64,000 nt of DNA from an uncultured Trueperaceae bacterium (lineage in GTDB: Bacteria; Deinococcota; Deinococci; Deinococcales; Trueperaceae). Location: assembly GCA_963799485.1 (NCBI GenBank), contig CAWCXJ010000007.1, forward strand, positions 160,001 to 224,000, in the 5' to 3' direction. Below the pieces are notes generated by a model. That model was not told the DNA's origin. It was given only the letters and a program-made list of their open reading frames with translations, and did not search any database. Of the stretch, positions 46,149-55,500 are shown one piece after another. A program made the position numbers and the translations under genes. Every line of letters starts with the position of its first letter. Position 1 is the first letter of the stretch.

Positions 46149-47477
46149 GTGACGCCTAAAAACCCGACGCCAAAACGGGTGCGACGCTGGGCGCGGCTGG
46201 TCAGCGTACTCGGTATCCTTATCGCGCTGCTCGGGCTGAGCGGCTACTGGCTGACGCGCAGCGAACAGCAGACCGTTTTAACCAGTGAAGAAAAAGCACT
46301 GGTCAATCCCGACGGCGAGTTTCAGATGAGCTTCGTACTGGCAGGGCGCGATTACGACTACAGCGAGGCGGCGGGGCCGCTGGTGACGCGTGGTGGTGAG
46401 CAAGTCCGAAGTTTTGTCACTAAAGCGCAGCTCGGCAACCGCACCGATACGATCATGTACGTCAATATCGTCGGCAACCGGGTTTTTATGGTGTCGCTGC
46501 CTAGAGACATTATGCTGAGAGTGCCGGAAGGTGTAGATATTGCTACCCGCCGCATTGGGCTCAACGAGGTTTACGATTATCCGCAGCTTTACGGCACCCG
46601 CGACCGTGCCGACGCCTTACGCAAAGCCGTAAGTACCCTGCTCGACCTGCCGGTCGACTACTACGCTGTTATCAACATCGACATCTTCGAGCGCCTCGTC
46701 GACGATGTGGGCGGGGTTGACCTCGAGGTGCCGCAGCGGATGTACTACGTCGACCAGGCAGGGGGGCTGACCATCGACCTGCAACCCGGCCTGCAACACC
46801 TTAGCGGTGAACAGGCCGCCGGGTTCGTCCGTTACCGCCAGCTTTTGCGCGGCGACATCGACCGCATCGACAACATCAAAACGCTCGCCTACGCGGTGCT
46901 GAGCCGATTGAAAGCGCTGAATGTGCGGGCGGTTACAGCGGTTCCGGCGCTGCTCGAGACCTTCTTTTCCGAAGTCGATACGAATATGAGCCTAAGCGCC
47001 TTGTCACGACTTGTGCCGCGGCTCGGAGAATTACAGCTCGAGGCCGTCACCTTACCGACGCAAGACGTCGAAGGGAGTAAACGCTTCGTTCGGACGGTAC
47101 CGAGTGAAGTCGAGACGTTCCTAGCCGGCGTGTTCGGCGGTGAGGCGCGCCCCGTCACTGAGACGCCGCGCGCCACCCTGATGCTGAGTAACCGCAGCGG
47201 TTTGCCGGGGCTGGCAAAAAGCATCAAGACCGAACTTGTCCGGCTGGGTATTCCGGCTGGACGTATCCGCATTCGCCAAGGGCCGCGCGACCCGGTAACG
47301 CGCGTGGTGACGACCCACACGGGGCTCGCTGCCGCCCCTTTTTACGCCGACCTGCTTGGGGTAGGCTGGCAACAAGTCGACCGGCTGGCATTAGACGAAG
47401 ATATAGAAATCGTACTCGGTCAAGACGCAAAAAACTTTTATCTGGCGACGCAACTCGCCGAAGGAGGCCAACCATAA
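46149..47477 (+). CDS. LCP (LytR-CpsA-Psr) family protein
   Basis: N-terminal TM, RTDTIM, SLPRD, FVRYR, C-terminal LytR_C-like domain; start uncertain. Confidence 0.9.
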   Translation: MTPKNPTPKRVRRWARLVSVLGILIALLGLSGYWLTRSEQQTVLTSEEKALVNPDGEFQMSFVLAGRDYDYSEAAGPLVTRGGEQVRSFVTKAQLGNRTDTIMYVNIVGNRVFMVSLPRDIMLRVPEGVDIATRRIGLNEVYDYPQLYGTRDRADALRKAVSTLLDLPVDYYAVINIDIFERLVDDVGGVDLEVPQRMYYVDQAGGLTIDLQPGLQHLSGEQAAGFVRYRQLLRGDIDRIDNIKTLAYAVLSRLKALNVRAVTAVPALLETFFSEVDTNMSLSALSRLVPRLGELQLEAVTLPTQDVEGSKRFVRTVPSEVETFLAGVFGGEARPVTETPRATLMLSNRSGLPGLAKSIKTELVRLGIPAGRIRIRQGPRDPVTRVVTTHTGLAAAPFYADLLGVGWQQVDRLALDEDIEIVLGQDAKNFYLATQLAEGGQP

Positions 47478-47839
47478 CTGCAACGACGCAAATCCCCCGG
47501 GAAGTGCAACTTATCGTCGACGCTCTAGACGACCGCCGCGCCAAAGACATAACTGTACTAGACCTGCAAGGCGTCTCGGAGACGCTCTCTTACTTCGTCG
47601 TCGCCACCGGCGAATCGAGCGTACAGCTTAGGGCGATGGAAGACCGGGTGCGCGAGCGCCTGAAAGAAGCAGGGTTCGTGCCCAAAGCGATCGAAGGCCC
47701 CTCGGCGCGCTGGGTGTTGATGGATTACGGCTTTATCGTCGTTCACATCATGAGTCCTGAAGCTAGAGAGTTTTACGACCTCGAGGGTCTCTGGGTCGAC
47801 GCCGAACAGCTCACCGTTACCCCTTCGCCGCCGAGCTAA
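47474..47839 (+). CDS. rsfS: Ribosome silencing factor
   Basis: YFVVATG, WVLMDYG, HIMSPEAREFYDLEGLW; start placed at ATA 47474 behind AGGAGG (alternative GTG 47504). Confidence 0.93.
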   Translation: MTATTQIPREVQLIVDALDDRRAKDITVLDLQGVSETLSYFVVATGESSVQLRAMEDRVRERLKEAGFVPKAIEGPSARWVLMDYGFIVVHIMSPEAREFYDLEGLWVDAEQLTVTPSPPS

Positions 47840-47848
47840 CCAAACCCT

Positions 47849-48187
47849 ATGCGCCACTGGGCGGAAGACGCCGCAAAACGTTATCTGCTCGCGCGCGGCT
47901 ACCGCATCTTGGCAGAAAACTACACGGTGCGCGGCGCGGAGGTCGACCTCATCGCTGAAAAAGACGGGATAATCGTCGTTGCCGAGGTCAAGCAGCGCCG
48001 TTCGGAGCGTTTCGGGACACCTGCCGAGACAATTTCTAAAAAGAAGCTGGTACGCCTTCAAGGGGCCGCCCTCCGGTACATTTCAGCAGAGTTCGGCCGA
48101 GACGACCTGCCCCTCAGGTTCGACGCCCTGCTGTTTTTGGGCACCGAAGTGAACTACCAAGTTACGCACCTCGAGGGAATCGAGTAG
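47849..48187 (+). CDS. YraN family predicted endonuclease (UPF0102)
   Basis: GYRILAEN, EVDLI, EVKQR, RFD. Confidence 0.92.
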   Translation: MRHWAEDAAKRYLLARGYRILAENYTVRGAEVDLIAEKDGIIVVAEVKQRRSERFGTPAETISKKKLVRLQGAALRYISAEFGRDDLPLRFDALLFLGTEVNYQVTHLEGIE

Positions 48188-48530
48188 CGGTCAACTCTTC
48201 CGGCAGTTCAAAGGTGCCGTCGGCGTGGGGCGGAAAATCTATCACTCTGACAACCGCTTCTAGATTAAGCGGGCCGTAAAGATGTGGATACGCTTCTTCG
48301 GTGTTTAGAGCTTCGTATCGCAGTTCAGCCGTGAGTCTTTCGGGTAAAACGCAGAGCAGAGCAAGGTTTTGCCGTCCACGATAAAGAAAGTTTGCAACAG
48401 CTACGACTTGCCCGGGTTCGGAGAGATGAATAAATCCTTCTTCCTTTAGACTCGGCGTTTTATAAACGTTTTGGCGCTGCGCCTCGTTCCAGGCTTCTTG
48501 CGTTGTAATGTGCCAAATAATCTCAGACAT
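48162..48530 (-). CDS. DUF952 family protein
   Basis: EGFIHLS, YPHLYGPL. Confidence 0.9.
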   Translation of the reverse strand: MSEIIWHITTQEAWNEAQRQNVYKTPSLKEEGFIHLSEPGQVVAVANFLYRGRQNLALLCVLPERLTAELRYEALNTEEAYPHLYGPLNLEAVVRVIDFPPHADGTFELPEELTATRFPRGA

Positions 48531-48546
48531 TCTTTATACTAGACCG

Positions 48547-49206
48547 GTGAGTCTTCAGCCCGTACGCGTCAAAATTTGCGGTATCACCCGTCCTGAAGAT
48601 GCGCTCGCCGCCGAGGCTGCCGGGGCGGACGCGGTAGGGCTCATCTTTGCCGCGCGCTCTAAACGCCGGGTGACGCTCCCGCAGGCTCAGGCGATTTGCT
48701 CACAGCTCGGCCCGTTTATTGCCAAAGTCGGGGTTTTTGTCGATGCACCTTTAGAAACGGTACTCGAGGCTGCGCGGCAGCTGCGACTCAGCGCAGTGCA
48801 GCTTCACGGTGCTGAAACCCCGGACTACGCTCGAGCTCTGCGCCGTGAAGTGCAGGTTATCCGGGCCGTCGGCTTTACCGCTGAACTGGATATGGGAGCA
48901 CTTTCGGACTTTCCGGCAGATGCTGTACTGCTCGACGGCCTGGTACCGGGGAGCGGTGACACGTTCTGTTGGGCGGACGCCGCGGCGCTGCGGGGTTTTC
49001 CGCGTCTTATTCTTGCAGGTGGGTTGACGCCGGAAAACGTCGGTGCGGGTATCGAGGCGTTGCGCCCCTACGCCGTCGACGTCGCATCAGGGGTAGAGTG
49101 CACGGCTGGGATCAAAGAAACTAGCAAGATACAAGATTTTGTGCGCAACGCCAAAAACGCATCAAACCCCGAAGTTATCCACAGATCGCCTGAGGGCTGT
49201 GGATAA
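48547..49206 (+). CDS. trpF: Phosphoribosylanthranilate isomerase
   Basis: VKICGIT, VQLHG, LAGGLTPENV, VDVASGVE; start GTG 48547. Confidence 0.96.
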   Translation: MSLQPVRVKICGITRPEDALAAEAAGADAVGLIFAARSKRRVTLPQAQAICSQLGPFIAKVGVFVDAPLETVLEAARQLRLSAVQLHGAETPDYARALRREVQVIRAVGFTAELDMGALSDFPADAVLLDGLVPGSGDTFCWADAAALRGFPRLILAGGLTPENVGAGIEALRPYAVDVASGVECTAGIKETSKIQDFVRNAKNASNPEVIHRSPEGCG

Positions 49207-49380
49207 CTCTGTTTCGCCGCGCACGACGCAAAAAAACCCGCTCAAACACCGTTTTTTACGTCCAGGACGACATCCTTCGCTTTCTGTCGATAATTCGGAC
49301 GGCTACCAAATCCGCCACCATTTTGTCAAGCACTATAGTTATCCACAGCCTGACCCCGACTTATCCACAGGTTATCCACA
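49175..49380. promoter_or_regulatory. Second DnaA-box cluster
   Basis: Perfect boxes at 49175, 49198 (opposite orientation), 49339, 49361, 49372; 1-mismatch TGTCGATAA at 49285. Confidence 0.88.
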
Positions 49381-49510
49381 GCTTTTCGAGCAACTTCGGG
49401 ATGCATATACATGTTCGTGTGAATAACGGAGAGACTTCTAAACGGCGCTCTTATCGAATTTCCAGGGGCCGTAAAACCGTATAACGTCTGCAAACGCGAA
49501 GTTTTTTACA

Positions 49511-50089
49511 TTACGGATTTGTAACTTGTCGGGGTGACCAGTCTCCCAGGGTACGGCGCAAGCTGACGATTTGTCCGGTGTGATACGCCGAATGGTCGGC
49601 GACCAGCAAGAGCTGGCGCAAGTAGGTGCGCCCTTCGCCGTGCGGGATTTCGGCGGTGAGTTCGTAGGCCGGATTTTGGGCCAGCGCGATAAGCCCTTTA
49701 AGGTCGCGCGCATACGCTAGGCGCGCGCCTAGCCACGCCTCGTCGGAAAGGTCGCTGCGGTTTTCCGGCCAGTAACCTTTGGGCCACGGCGGAGAGTGCC
49801 AGTCCGGGTCCAGCGTATAACGCAAAATATCCTCTTGAGTGATGCGGATATGCTCGAGCAGTTGCCACACCGAGTGGGCTCCGGGGGGGCGGTGCGTCCG
49901 CCATTCGGGGCGCAGGCCGTTTAGCGCGTCCTCCAGGCGGACGTGCGCGGCACCCTTTTGTAAAAGCTCAACGACGGTTTGCCGAAGCGTAGCGGAATCA
50001 GAGGGCACGCAGTTACGGTGCACGCGGTTGTGGCATGCGGGGCCTCGAGGTAGGGGAGACAGGGGGCTGAGACATAGCGGTTCGCTCAC
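49511..50089 (-). CDS. DinB superfamily (four-helix) protein
   Basis: HSVWQLLEH, WPKGYWP, DHSAYHTGQI. Confidence 0.88.
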   Translation of the reverse strand: MSEPLCLSPLSPLPRGPACHNRVHRNCVPSDSATLRQTVVELLQKGAAHVRLEDALNGLRPEWRTHRPPGAHSVWQLLEHIRITQEDILRYTLDPDWHSPPWPKGYWPENRSDLSDEAWLGARLAYARDLKGLIALAQNPAYELTAEIPHGEGRTYLRQLLLVADHSAYHTGQIVSLRRTLGDWSPRQVTNP

Positions 50090-50172
50090 CGTTATACCCT
50101 AGACACCTATCCCAAGTGCGGTAAAATGAGCCAAATGTTGTGCTTAATGCGCCCTTTTCTCAGCTGCTTGCC

Positions 50173-51831
50173 ATGCTGACGTGGCTTGCACCGAACGCTC
50201 TCTGGCTGCTCCTCGCGCTACCGGTTATTGTACTACTCTACGTCGTGCGGGCGCGGCGGCGGCAGCAGGTCGTATCGGCGCTTTTTTTGTGGACAGAAGC
50301 GAAGGTCTCCGCACGCCAGCGCCGCCGTATCTCGCCCACCCTGCTCTTGCTGCTCCAGCTCTTGCTCGCGACACTTTTGGCTTTAGCCCTCGCCCAGCCG
50401 CGCCTTCGTCTTAGCGGCGCGCCGCCGCGCGTGCTGGTCGTTGACGCTTCAGCGAGCATGGCGGCTGACTCGGCGGGCGGTTCACGCTTGGCGGAGGCCG
50501 TAGCCCAGGCTGATGCGCTCCTGGCGGACGCGGGCGAGGTCGCGGTGGTGCGCGCGGGGCTCGGCGTGCGGGTGGTGCAGCCGCTTACGGGTGACCACGC
50601 GCAGGTACGCCGGGTTCTGGCAGGGCTCGTTGCAGCGGACGCGAGCGCCGCGACCGCCGAGGCTCTCGCACTCGCCCGCTCGCTCGTACCCGGCGCTGAA
50701 GTGCATCTCTTTAGCGATCAGGCCAAACCTGCCGGGTTTAACGAGGTTGCGCTGCACGCCGTTGGTCAAGCTGCCCCCAACCTCGGTATCAGCGCGTTCG
50801 AACTCGCTTACGGTCAGCTTTTCGTCTCCGTCGTCAACAACGCCGACACGCCGCGAACCGCCGAGCTGAGCTTGAGCGAAAGCAGCGGCGACGGCGTAAA
50901 TGAGGTAAGAACCAGTTTGCTCGTACCGGCGCGGGGTCAGGCCAATACGTCGTTGCCGGTTGCGTCGGCAGTCGGGTTCTACCGGGCGCAGCTGGCGGAG
51001 CTGCAAGGTGCAGGTTTACAAGGCGACGCGCTTGCGCTCGACAACGAGGCGTTTGCCGGGGGCCGCGCGCTGCGTATTCGCTTTCTAGGGGACGCGCCCG
51101 CGCTCGACCGGCTTTTAAGGGCGCTACCTGATACGGTTTTGGACGTGCCGGAAGACGCCGATGTGACCGTTTCAGTTGGGCAGACGGGGCCGCTCCCGGC
51201 AGGTAACGTCGTCCTTTTTGCCCCTCCGGAAAGCGCCCCCGCCTACAGTGAGATCGCCGACTGGACGCGGAGCGACCCACTGCTCCGGTTTGCCGATCTG
51301 AGCGGTACGGTCGTTGCGCCCTCGAGCGCTCCCCCACCCTTGCCACTCGCGGCGGCCGACGTCCTCGCCCGCACCGCCGACCTGACACCCGTCCTGCTCC
51401 GCTGGAATCAGGGGGGGCGTGAGGTGCTCTATTTTGCCTTTAACCCGGCTCAGAGCGACCTGCCCCGGCGTCCCGCCTTTCCTATCGTGCTGACAAACGC
51501 CCTCACCGGGTTTCGCAACGAGGCGCAGGTTCCGCTCGGGACAGCGCTGGGCGGCGGCGACTACCTTACCGAACCGGGGCGGCTAGAGCGTGCGGGCCGC
51601 ACTTACACCTCCGCGCCGCTCCCGGCAGCCGAGTCGCGTCTAGCAGTAACGGCCCTCGAGAGCACTCCGCCGCGCCGCGAAACCGGCAGCGAAGCCATCC
51701 GCGACCCGGCCCTCTGGCTTGTTCTCGGCGCGCTCTTTTTGCTTTTGACAGAATGGTTGCTATGGTCGCAAGGTTTTGCCGGGGGCGCGGCGCGCGTTAC
51801 GGGGCGAACGTCCCCGCCAGCGAAACCTTAA
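50173..51831 (+). CDS. BatA N-terminal plus vWA domain membrane protein
   Basis: LLLALPVIVLLY, LALAQP, MIDAS DASAS, C-terminal LLLTEW TM; start uncertain. Confidence 0.82.
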   Translation: MLTWLAPNALWLLLALPVIVLLYVVRARRRQQVVSALFLWTEAKVSARQRRRISPTLLLLLQLLLATLLALALAQPRLRLSGAPPRVLVVDASASMAADSAGGSRLAEAVAQADALLADAGEVAVVRAGLGVRVVQPLTGDHAQVRRVLAGLVAADASAATAEALALARSLVPGAEVHLFSDQAKPAGFNEVALHAVGQAAPNLGISAFELAYGQLFVSVVNNADTPRTAELSLSESSGDGVNEVRTSLLVPARGQANTSLPVASAVGFYRAQLAELQGAGLQGDALALDNEAFAGGRALRIRFLGDAPALDRLLRALPDTVLDVPEDADVTVSVGQTGPLPAGNVVLFAPPESAPAYSEIADWTRSDPLLRFADLSGTVVAPSSAPPPLPLAAADVLARTADLTPVLLRWNQGGREVLYFAFNPAQSDLPRRPAFPIVLTNALTGFRNEAQVPLGTALGGGDYLTEPGRLERAGRTYTSAPLPAAESRLAVTALESTPPRRETGSEAIRDPALWLVLGALFLLLTEWLLWSQGFAGGAARVTGRTSPPAKP

Positions 51832-52372
51832 GCGCAACCTCATCTTCGGCAACAATGCCGAACAGACTTGGACGTTTCATCTCGTAGTCGCTTAGCAGCA
51901 CGGTAAACGAACCCGTCGCCGTCGCCTGCGCGCCGTCCCGCGAGACCTCGACGGGGAAGCTCACCCCCTTGGTGACGCCGTGCAGCGTCAGGGTACCGCT
52001 AAACGTCGCCGTCGCCCTGCCCGACGCTGCGGGCGCTCTAAGGGGCGCAGCTAAAGGCAGCGTCCCGGTAAGCGTCGCCGTAGGAAATTCACCGGTCTCG
52101 AAAACGGTAAAGCGGGCGTTGCCGTCACGGACGAAGTTGCCGGAGTCGAAACGTCCGGGCTCGAGTACGGCCCTCACCCGGAGGCCGTTTGTGATCTCCT
52201 CCAAGGTCACGTCTTCAAGCGGCGCGACGCCCCGCCACGTGCTTCGTGAGTCGTATGCGGTATAGGTTACGGTACTCGCGTCTAGTGAAAAACTCAGACC
52301 GAGAAGTAGCGGAACCGTAAACAACAGCAGCCCCGGAAAAAGACGCCGAAGACGAACCGGCAAAAGCTTCAT
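51797..52372 (-). CDS. YceI family protein
   Basis: FDSGN..RD, GTLTLHGVTK, DY..P; signal peptide from ATG 52372. Confidence 0.87.
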   Translation of the reverse strand: MKLLPVRLRRLFPGLLLFTVPLLLGLSFSLDASTVTYTAYDSRSTWRGVAPLEDVTLEEITNGLRVRAVLEPGRFDSGNFVRDGNARFTVFETGEFPTATLTGTLPLAAPLRAPAASGRATATFSGTLTLHGVTKGVSFPVEVSRDGAQATATGSFTVLLSDYEMKRPSLFGIVAEDEVALKVSLAGTFAP

Positions 52373-52540
52373 CCCTCGAGCATGGTCGATTCGGTTACCC
52401 GTAATGGTGTATGTAGTCACCTTTGGGCGTCGGCGCGGTAACCATCAGGGACAAACATGCTGTGGTGCCGGTTTACGCCGCGCACGCGGTACAGTTAGGC
52501 GCGTCCCGACCCCGACGGACGGGGCATTAAGGAGGTTCAG

Positions 52541-53056
52541 GTGCGTTCACGGGGCATCATCGTTACTCTCGTCGTGATTCTGGTGGTACTTTTTACGCTG
52601 CTCAACCTGGGGCCGCTCTCGCTCGGACTACCCATCAACCTGATCTTTTTTACCGTTCAGGCACCCCTGGGTTTGGTCTTGGTCGGGTTTACCCTCGTTC
52701 TCAGCTTCGGGTTTTTGCTCGTGTCGCTCTTTCGCCGCGCCGGACAGCTGCGGCAGATTTCACACCTCGAGACCGAGCTAGAGCGCGAACGGGCGCTCGT
52801 CCAGAAAAAGCGTCTGGCTGAACTTGAAGCCTTGGAGACCCGTCTCGGTGAGCGCTTCGGGACGCTCGAGGCGAATCTCCGGGCCACCCTGAATGAACAC
52901 TACAACCGCCTCGAGTCCGGGGAAAAGGCGCAGGTCGAGCGGCTCGAGGGGCACGTCCTCAGTATCCGCCGCGAATTGGCAACCGACTTGGCGCAGATCG
53001 AAAGCTCGATCCGCCGGAACTTGCCCGCACCCCGCTCAGAAAACGAACGCGGCTAG
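52541..53056 (+). CDS. LapA-like membrane protein with coiled-coil tail
   Basis: AAGGAGG SD; TM-N...P-TM layout followed by a helical tail. Confidence 0.7.
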   Translation: MRSRGIIVTLVVILVVLFTLLNLGPLSLGLPINLIFFTVQAPLGLVLVGFTLVLSFGFLLVSLFRRAGQLRQISHLETELERERALVQKKRLAELEALETRLGERFGTLEANLRATLNEHYNRLESGEKAQVERLEGHVLSIRRELATDLAQIESSIRRNLPAPRSENERG

Positions 53057-53078
53057 CGGTATCTGCTACGCTTGGCTT

Positions 53079-53459
53079 ATGAGTGATGTTACCGATACCG
53101 ATGTTTTTGCTAACGAAGCGGCCCTAGACACATCCGCAAGCGACTTGCCGAGCAAAGAAGCGCTGCTAGAAGCGCTCAAGGTCGTTAAAGACCCGGAAAT
53201 CCCCGTCAACGTCGTCGATTTAGGGCTAATTTACAACGTTGATATCAAAGCGGGTGGCGAGGTCGATATCGACATGACCCTGACGAGTATGGGCTGTCCG
53301 GTTCAGGACATGATTCAAGCCGACGCCGAACTCGCGTGTATGCAGGTCGAGGGCGTAAAAAAAGTCAACGTCGAGTTCGTCTGGTCGCCGCCGTGGAGCC
53401 CTGCCAAAATGAGCGAAGACGGCAAAAAACAGATGCGGATGTTCGGCTTCAATCTGTAA
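53079..53459 (+). CDS. DUF59 (SufT/PaaD-like) metal-sulfur cluster assembly protein
   Basis: DPEIPVNVVDLGLIY, TLTSMGCP, PPW. Confidence 0.92.
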   Translation: MSDVTDTDVFANEAALDTSASDLPSKEALLEALKVVKDPEIPVNVVDLGLIYNVDIKAGGEVDIDMTLTSMGCPVQDMIQADAELACMQVEGVKKVNVEFVWSPPWSPAKMSEDGKKQMRMFGFNL

Positions 53460-53515
53460 CGGCGTTTTTACGGCAGGTTGAAGCAGTCCGCCCAAGGTCT
53501 GCGCCCGCGGTTCGG

Positions 53516-53664
53516 CTTACGACACCGTAAAAGTCGGAGAAAACCCTATTCAACGTGGACTGGACTTTTCAAGTTCTAACACTTACAACGCCGTAAAGGT
53601 CGGAGAAAAGTGACGGGTTTTACGGCGCTGCACGGCTCAAGCCCTATCCAACGTCGGCTCGGCT
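53516..53664. repeat. Degenerate direct duplication in convergent intergenic region
   Basis: CTTACGACACCGTAAAAGTCGGAGAAAA (53516) / CTTACAACGCCGTAAAGGTCGGAGAAAA (53582); CCCTATTCAACGT (53544) / CCCTATCCAACGT (53642). Confidence 0.75.
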
Positions 53665-53690
53665 ACTGCTCCTGACCCAAATATCCCGCC

Positions 53691-54134
53691 CTAAGCGCGG
53701 TGATACGGATGCCCCGCCCGAATCGTTTCGCTGCGGTAAAGCTGCTCCAAAAGTAGCAGCCGCGCGAGTTCATGCGGCAACGTCAGTTTAGAAAGGCTCC
53801 ACAACTCGTCAACCTGAGCTTTAAGCGCCTCGCCGTGACCGTTCGCGCCGCCGAGCAGAAAACTCAGCTGAGAGACCGAGCGGGTCTCGAGGTCGCTCGT
53901 GCGCGCCGCCCACGACGCCGAAGTGTGTTCTTTGCCGCCTTCATCGAGCGCAATCAGGTAGCCCTTTGCCGCTTTGAGGAGCGCCGCGCCCTCTTGTTCA
54001 ACTTGATCACGGCCCTCTTTAAGCTCGCGCATTTCAACCTTGGCATACGGCCCGAGCCGCGCCAAAAAGTGGTCGCACCCCATTTGCAAAAACCCGCGCC
54101 TGAGCTTGCCGATGGCGATAACTTGATATTTCAC
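53691..54134 (-). CDS. rlmH: 23S rRNA m3Psi1915 methyltransferase
   Basis: LDEGGK, SLSKLTLPHELAR, EQLYR, GHPYH. Confidence 0.96.
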   Translation of the reverse strand: MKYQVIAIGKLRRGFLQMGCDHFLARLGPYAKVEMRELKEGRDQVEQEGAALLKAAKGYLIALDEGGKEHTSASWAARTSDLETRSVSQLSFLLGGANGHGEALKAQVDELWSLSKLTLPHELARLLLLEQLYRSETIRAGHPYHRA

Positions 54135-54161
54135 AAAAATCTTAGCAGAAACTGCAGCAAA

Positions 54162-55058
54162 CTAGGCCGGGGTTTTTTCATTCGGTTCGGTTTCGTAGAG
54201 TGGCGTCTTCGCGGTTACGCTGAGTTTGTCCAACAGCTCTCGCTGCCGCGTTTTTCGTAGGTTGCTGGACTCGAGCGCCGCCTCTAAAACCTCCCGGTCC
54301 AGAGCCGTAAGCAAAAGTTTCATCTCGGAGCGTGAAAACGTCTTGGCGTACAAGATGTGTTCTTCAAAGGCCCGGTACGCTAAGGGCGCGACGGCGCGGG
54401 CAAGTTCTGCTATCACCTCGCCGTAAACCCGGATTTCGTACTGGGCGTGCGCGTCTAGCCGGAGCCGTAAAAAGTGAAAGAGATTGTGCAGGTCGATCTG
54501 CCAGTACATCTCGGTGTACAAACTCAGCGGCAGGTTGATGCGGGCGAGTTCACGAGCGACGTCTTCGTCTAGCAACGCTTCATACGCCGTAAACGCACCC
54601 TGCTGACCGCTTTGGAGTAGCTTTAAGGTCCGTGCTTGCAGTTCGGCCGGAACCTCTTCATCGCTGCGGCCTTGTTTGTTCGCCGCACTTTGCCGCCGCA
54701 CTTGCGCCGCGTCGGGCAGGTAAAACTCGTCTCGCATCACGCTGTAACGCCCGGAAATCTCGTTGAGCCGCGCCGTGCGGTGCCGTAACCACTGCCTAGC
54801 TACAAAAATCGGCAGCTTGAGGTGAAACGTCAGGACGACTTGCTCGAGGGGTGAAGTGTGTTTATGCCGCACCAAGTAATCGATCAGCGCCCCGTCTTCA
54901 CGAACCGTCTTGGTACCCTCCTGATACGACACTCTCGCCGCCTGCACGATGCGGGCGTCGCCGCCCAGATAATCCACCAGCCTTACAAATCCTTTGTCCA
55001 GCACGCGGTGCTCGCGTCCTAGAAGCGCGTCTGCCGCTGCAACATGGGGCCTCGTCAT
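54162..55058 (-). CDS. thyX: Flavin-dependent thymidylate synthase
   Basis: AARVSY, HTSPLE, RQWLRHRTARLNEISGRY, HAQYEIR. Confidence 0.97.
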   Translation of the reverse strand: MTRPHVAAADALLGREHRVLDKGFVRLVDYLGGDARIVQAARVSYQEGTKTVREDGALIDYLVRHKHTSPLEQVVLTFHLKLPIFVARQWLRHRTARLNEISGRYSVMRDEFYLPDAAQVRRQSAANKQGRSDEEVPAELQARTLKLLQSGQQGAFTAYEALLDEDVARELARINLPLSLYTEMYWQIDLHNLFHFLRLRLDAHAQYEIRVYGEVIAELARAVAPLAYRAFEEHILYAKTFSRSEMKLLLTALDREVLEAALESSNLRKTRQRELLDKLSVTAKTPLYETEPNEKTPA

Positions 55059-55326
55059 AGACTCATCTTACGCTTTGCACGGGGCGTCACTTAGGTTTTT
55101 GGCGCGAAGCTCGAGCGCCCGGTCGGACAGGTCGGCGAACCAAGCCGAGCTGTGTACTTTGTACTTTCTCACGCAAGTTTGGCGTGTTGCGCGCAGAGAA
55201 AGTCTTGTGTTAGAGGTAGCGCGCACCACCTTTGCCAGACGCACCACACCGGTATGAAGTATGAGTCGGCTTGTAAGAGCTATGTGTAACTTACGCAAAT
55301 GCCGTGTGACACGTGACAAACGAACC

Positions 55327-55500
55327 TTGGCAGTGAGGTGTAAGAATACCTATAATTCAGCTCGAGGCATTCTTTCTCATCTTTACGGGGGCGTCAAAAA
55401 GAGTGTTCCAGAGTGCATTTTTTGTTTACAGTCGGCGGCTTCGGGATTTCTCACAGGCTGCTAATCCTATTTGACACTCACCTAAAGCTTATGGAATACT
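55327..55500 (+). promoter_or_regulatory. Two candidate promoters for slpA
   Basis: TTGGCA-N18-TATAAT (55327-55356); TTGACA-N18-AATACT with TG (55471-55500). Confidence 0.55.
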
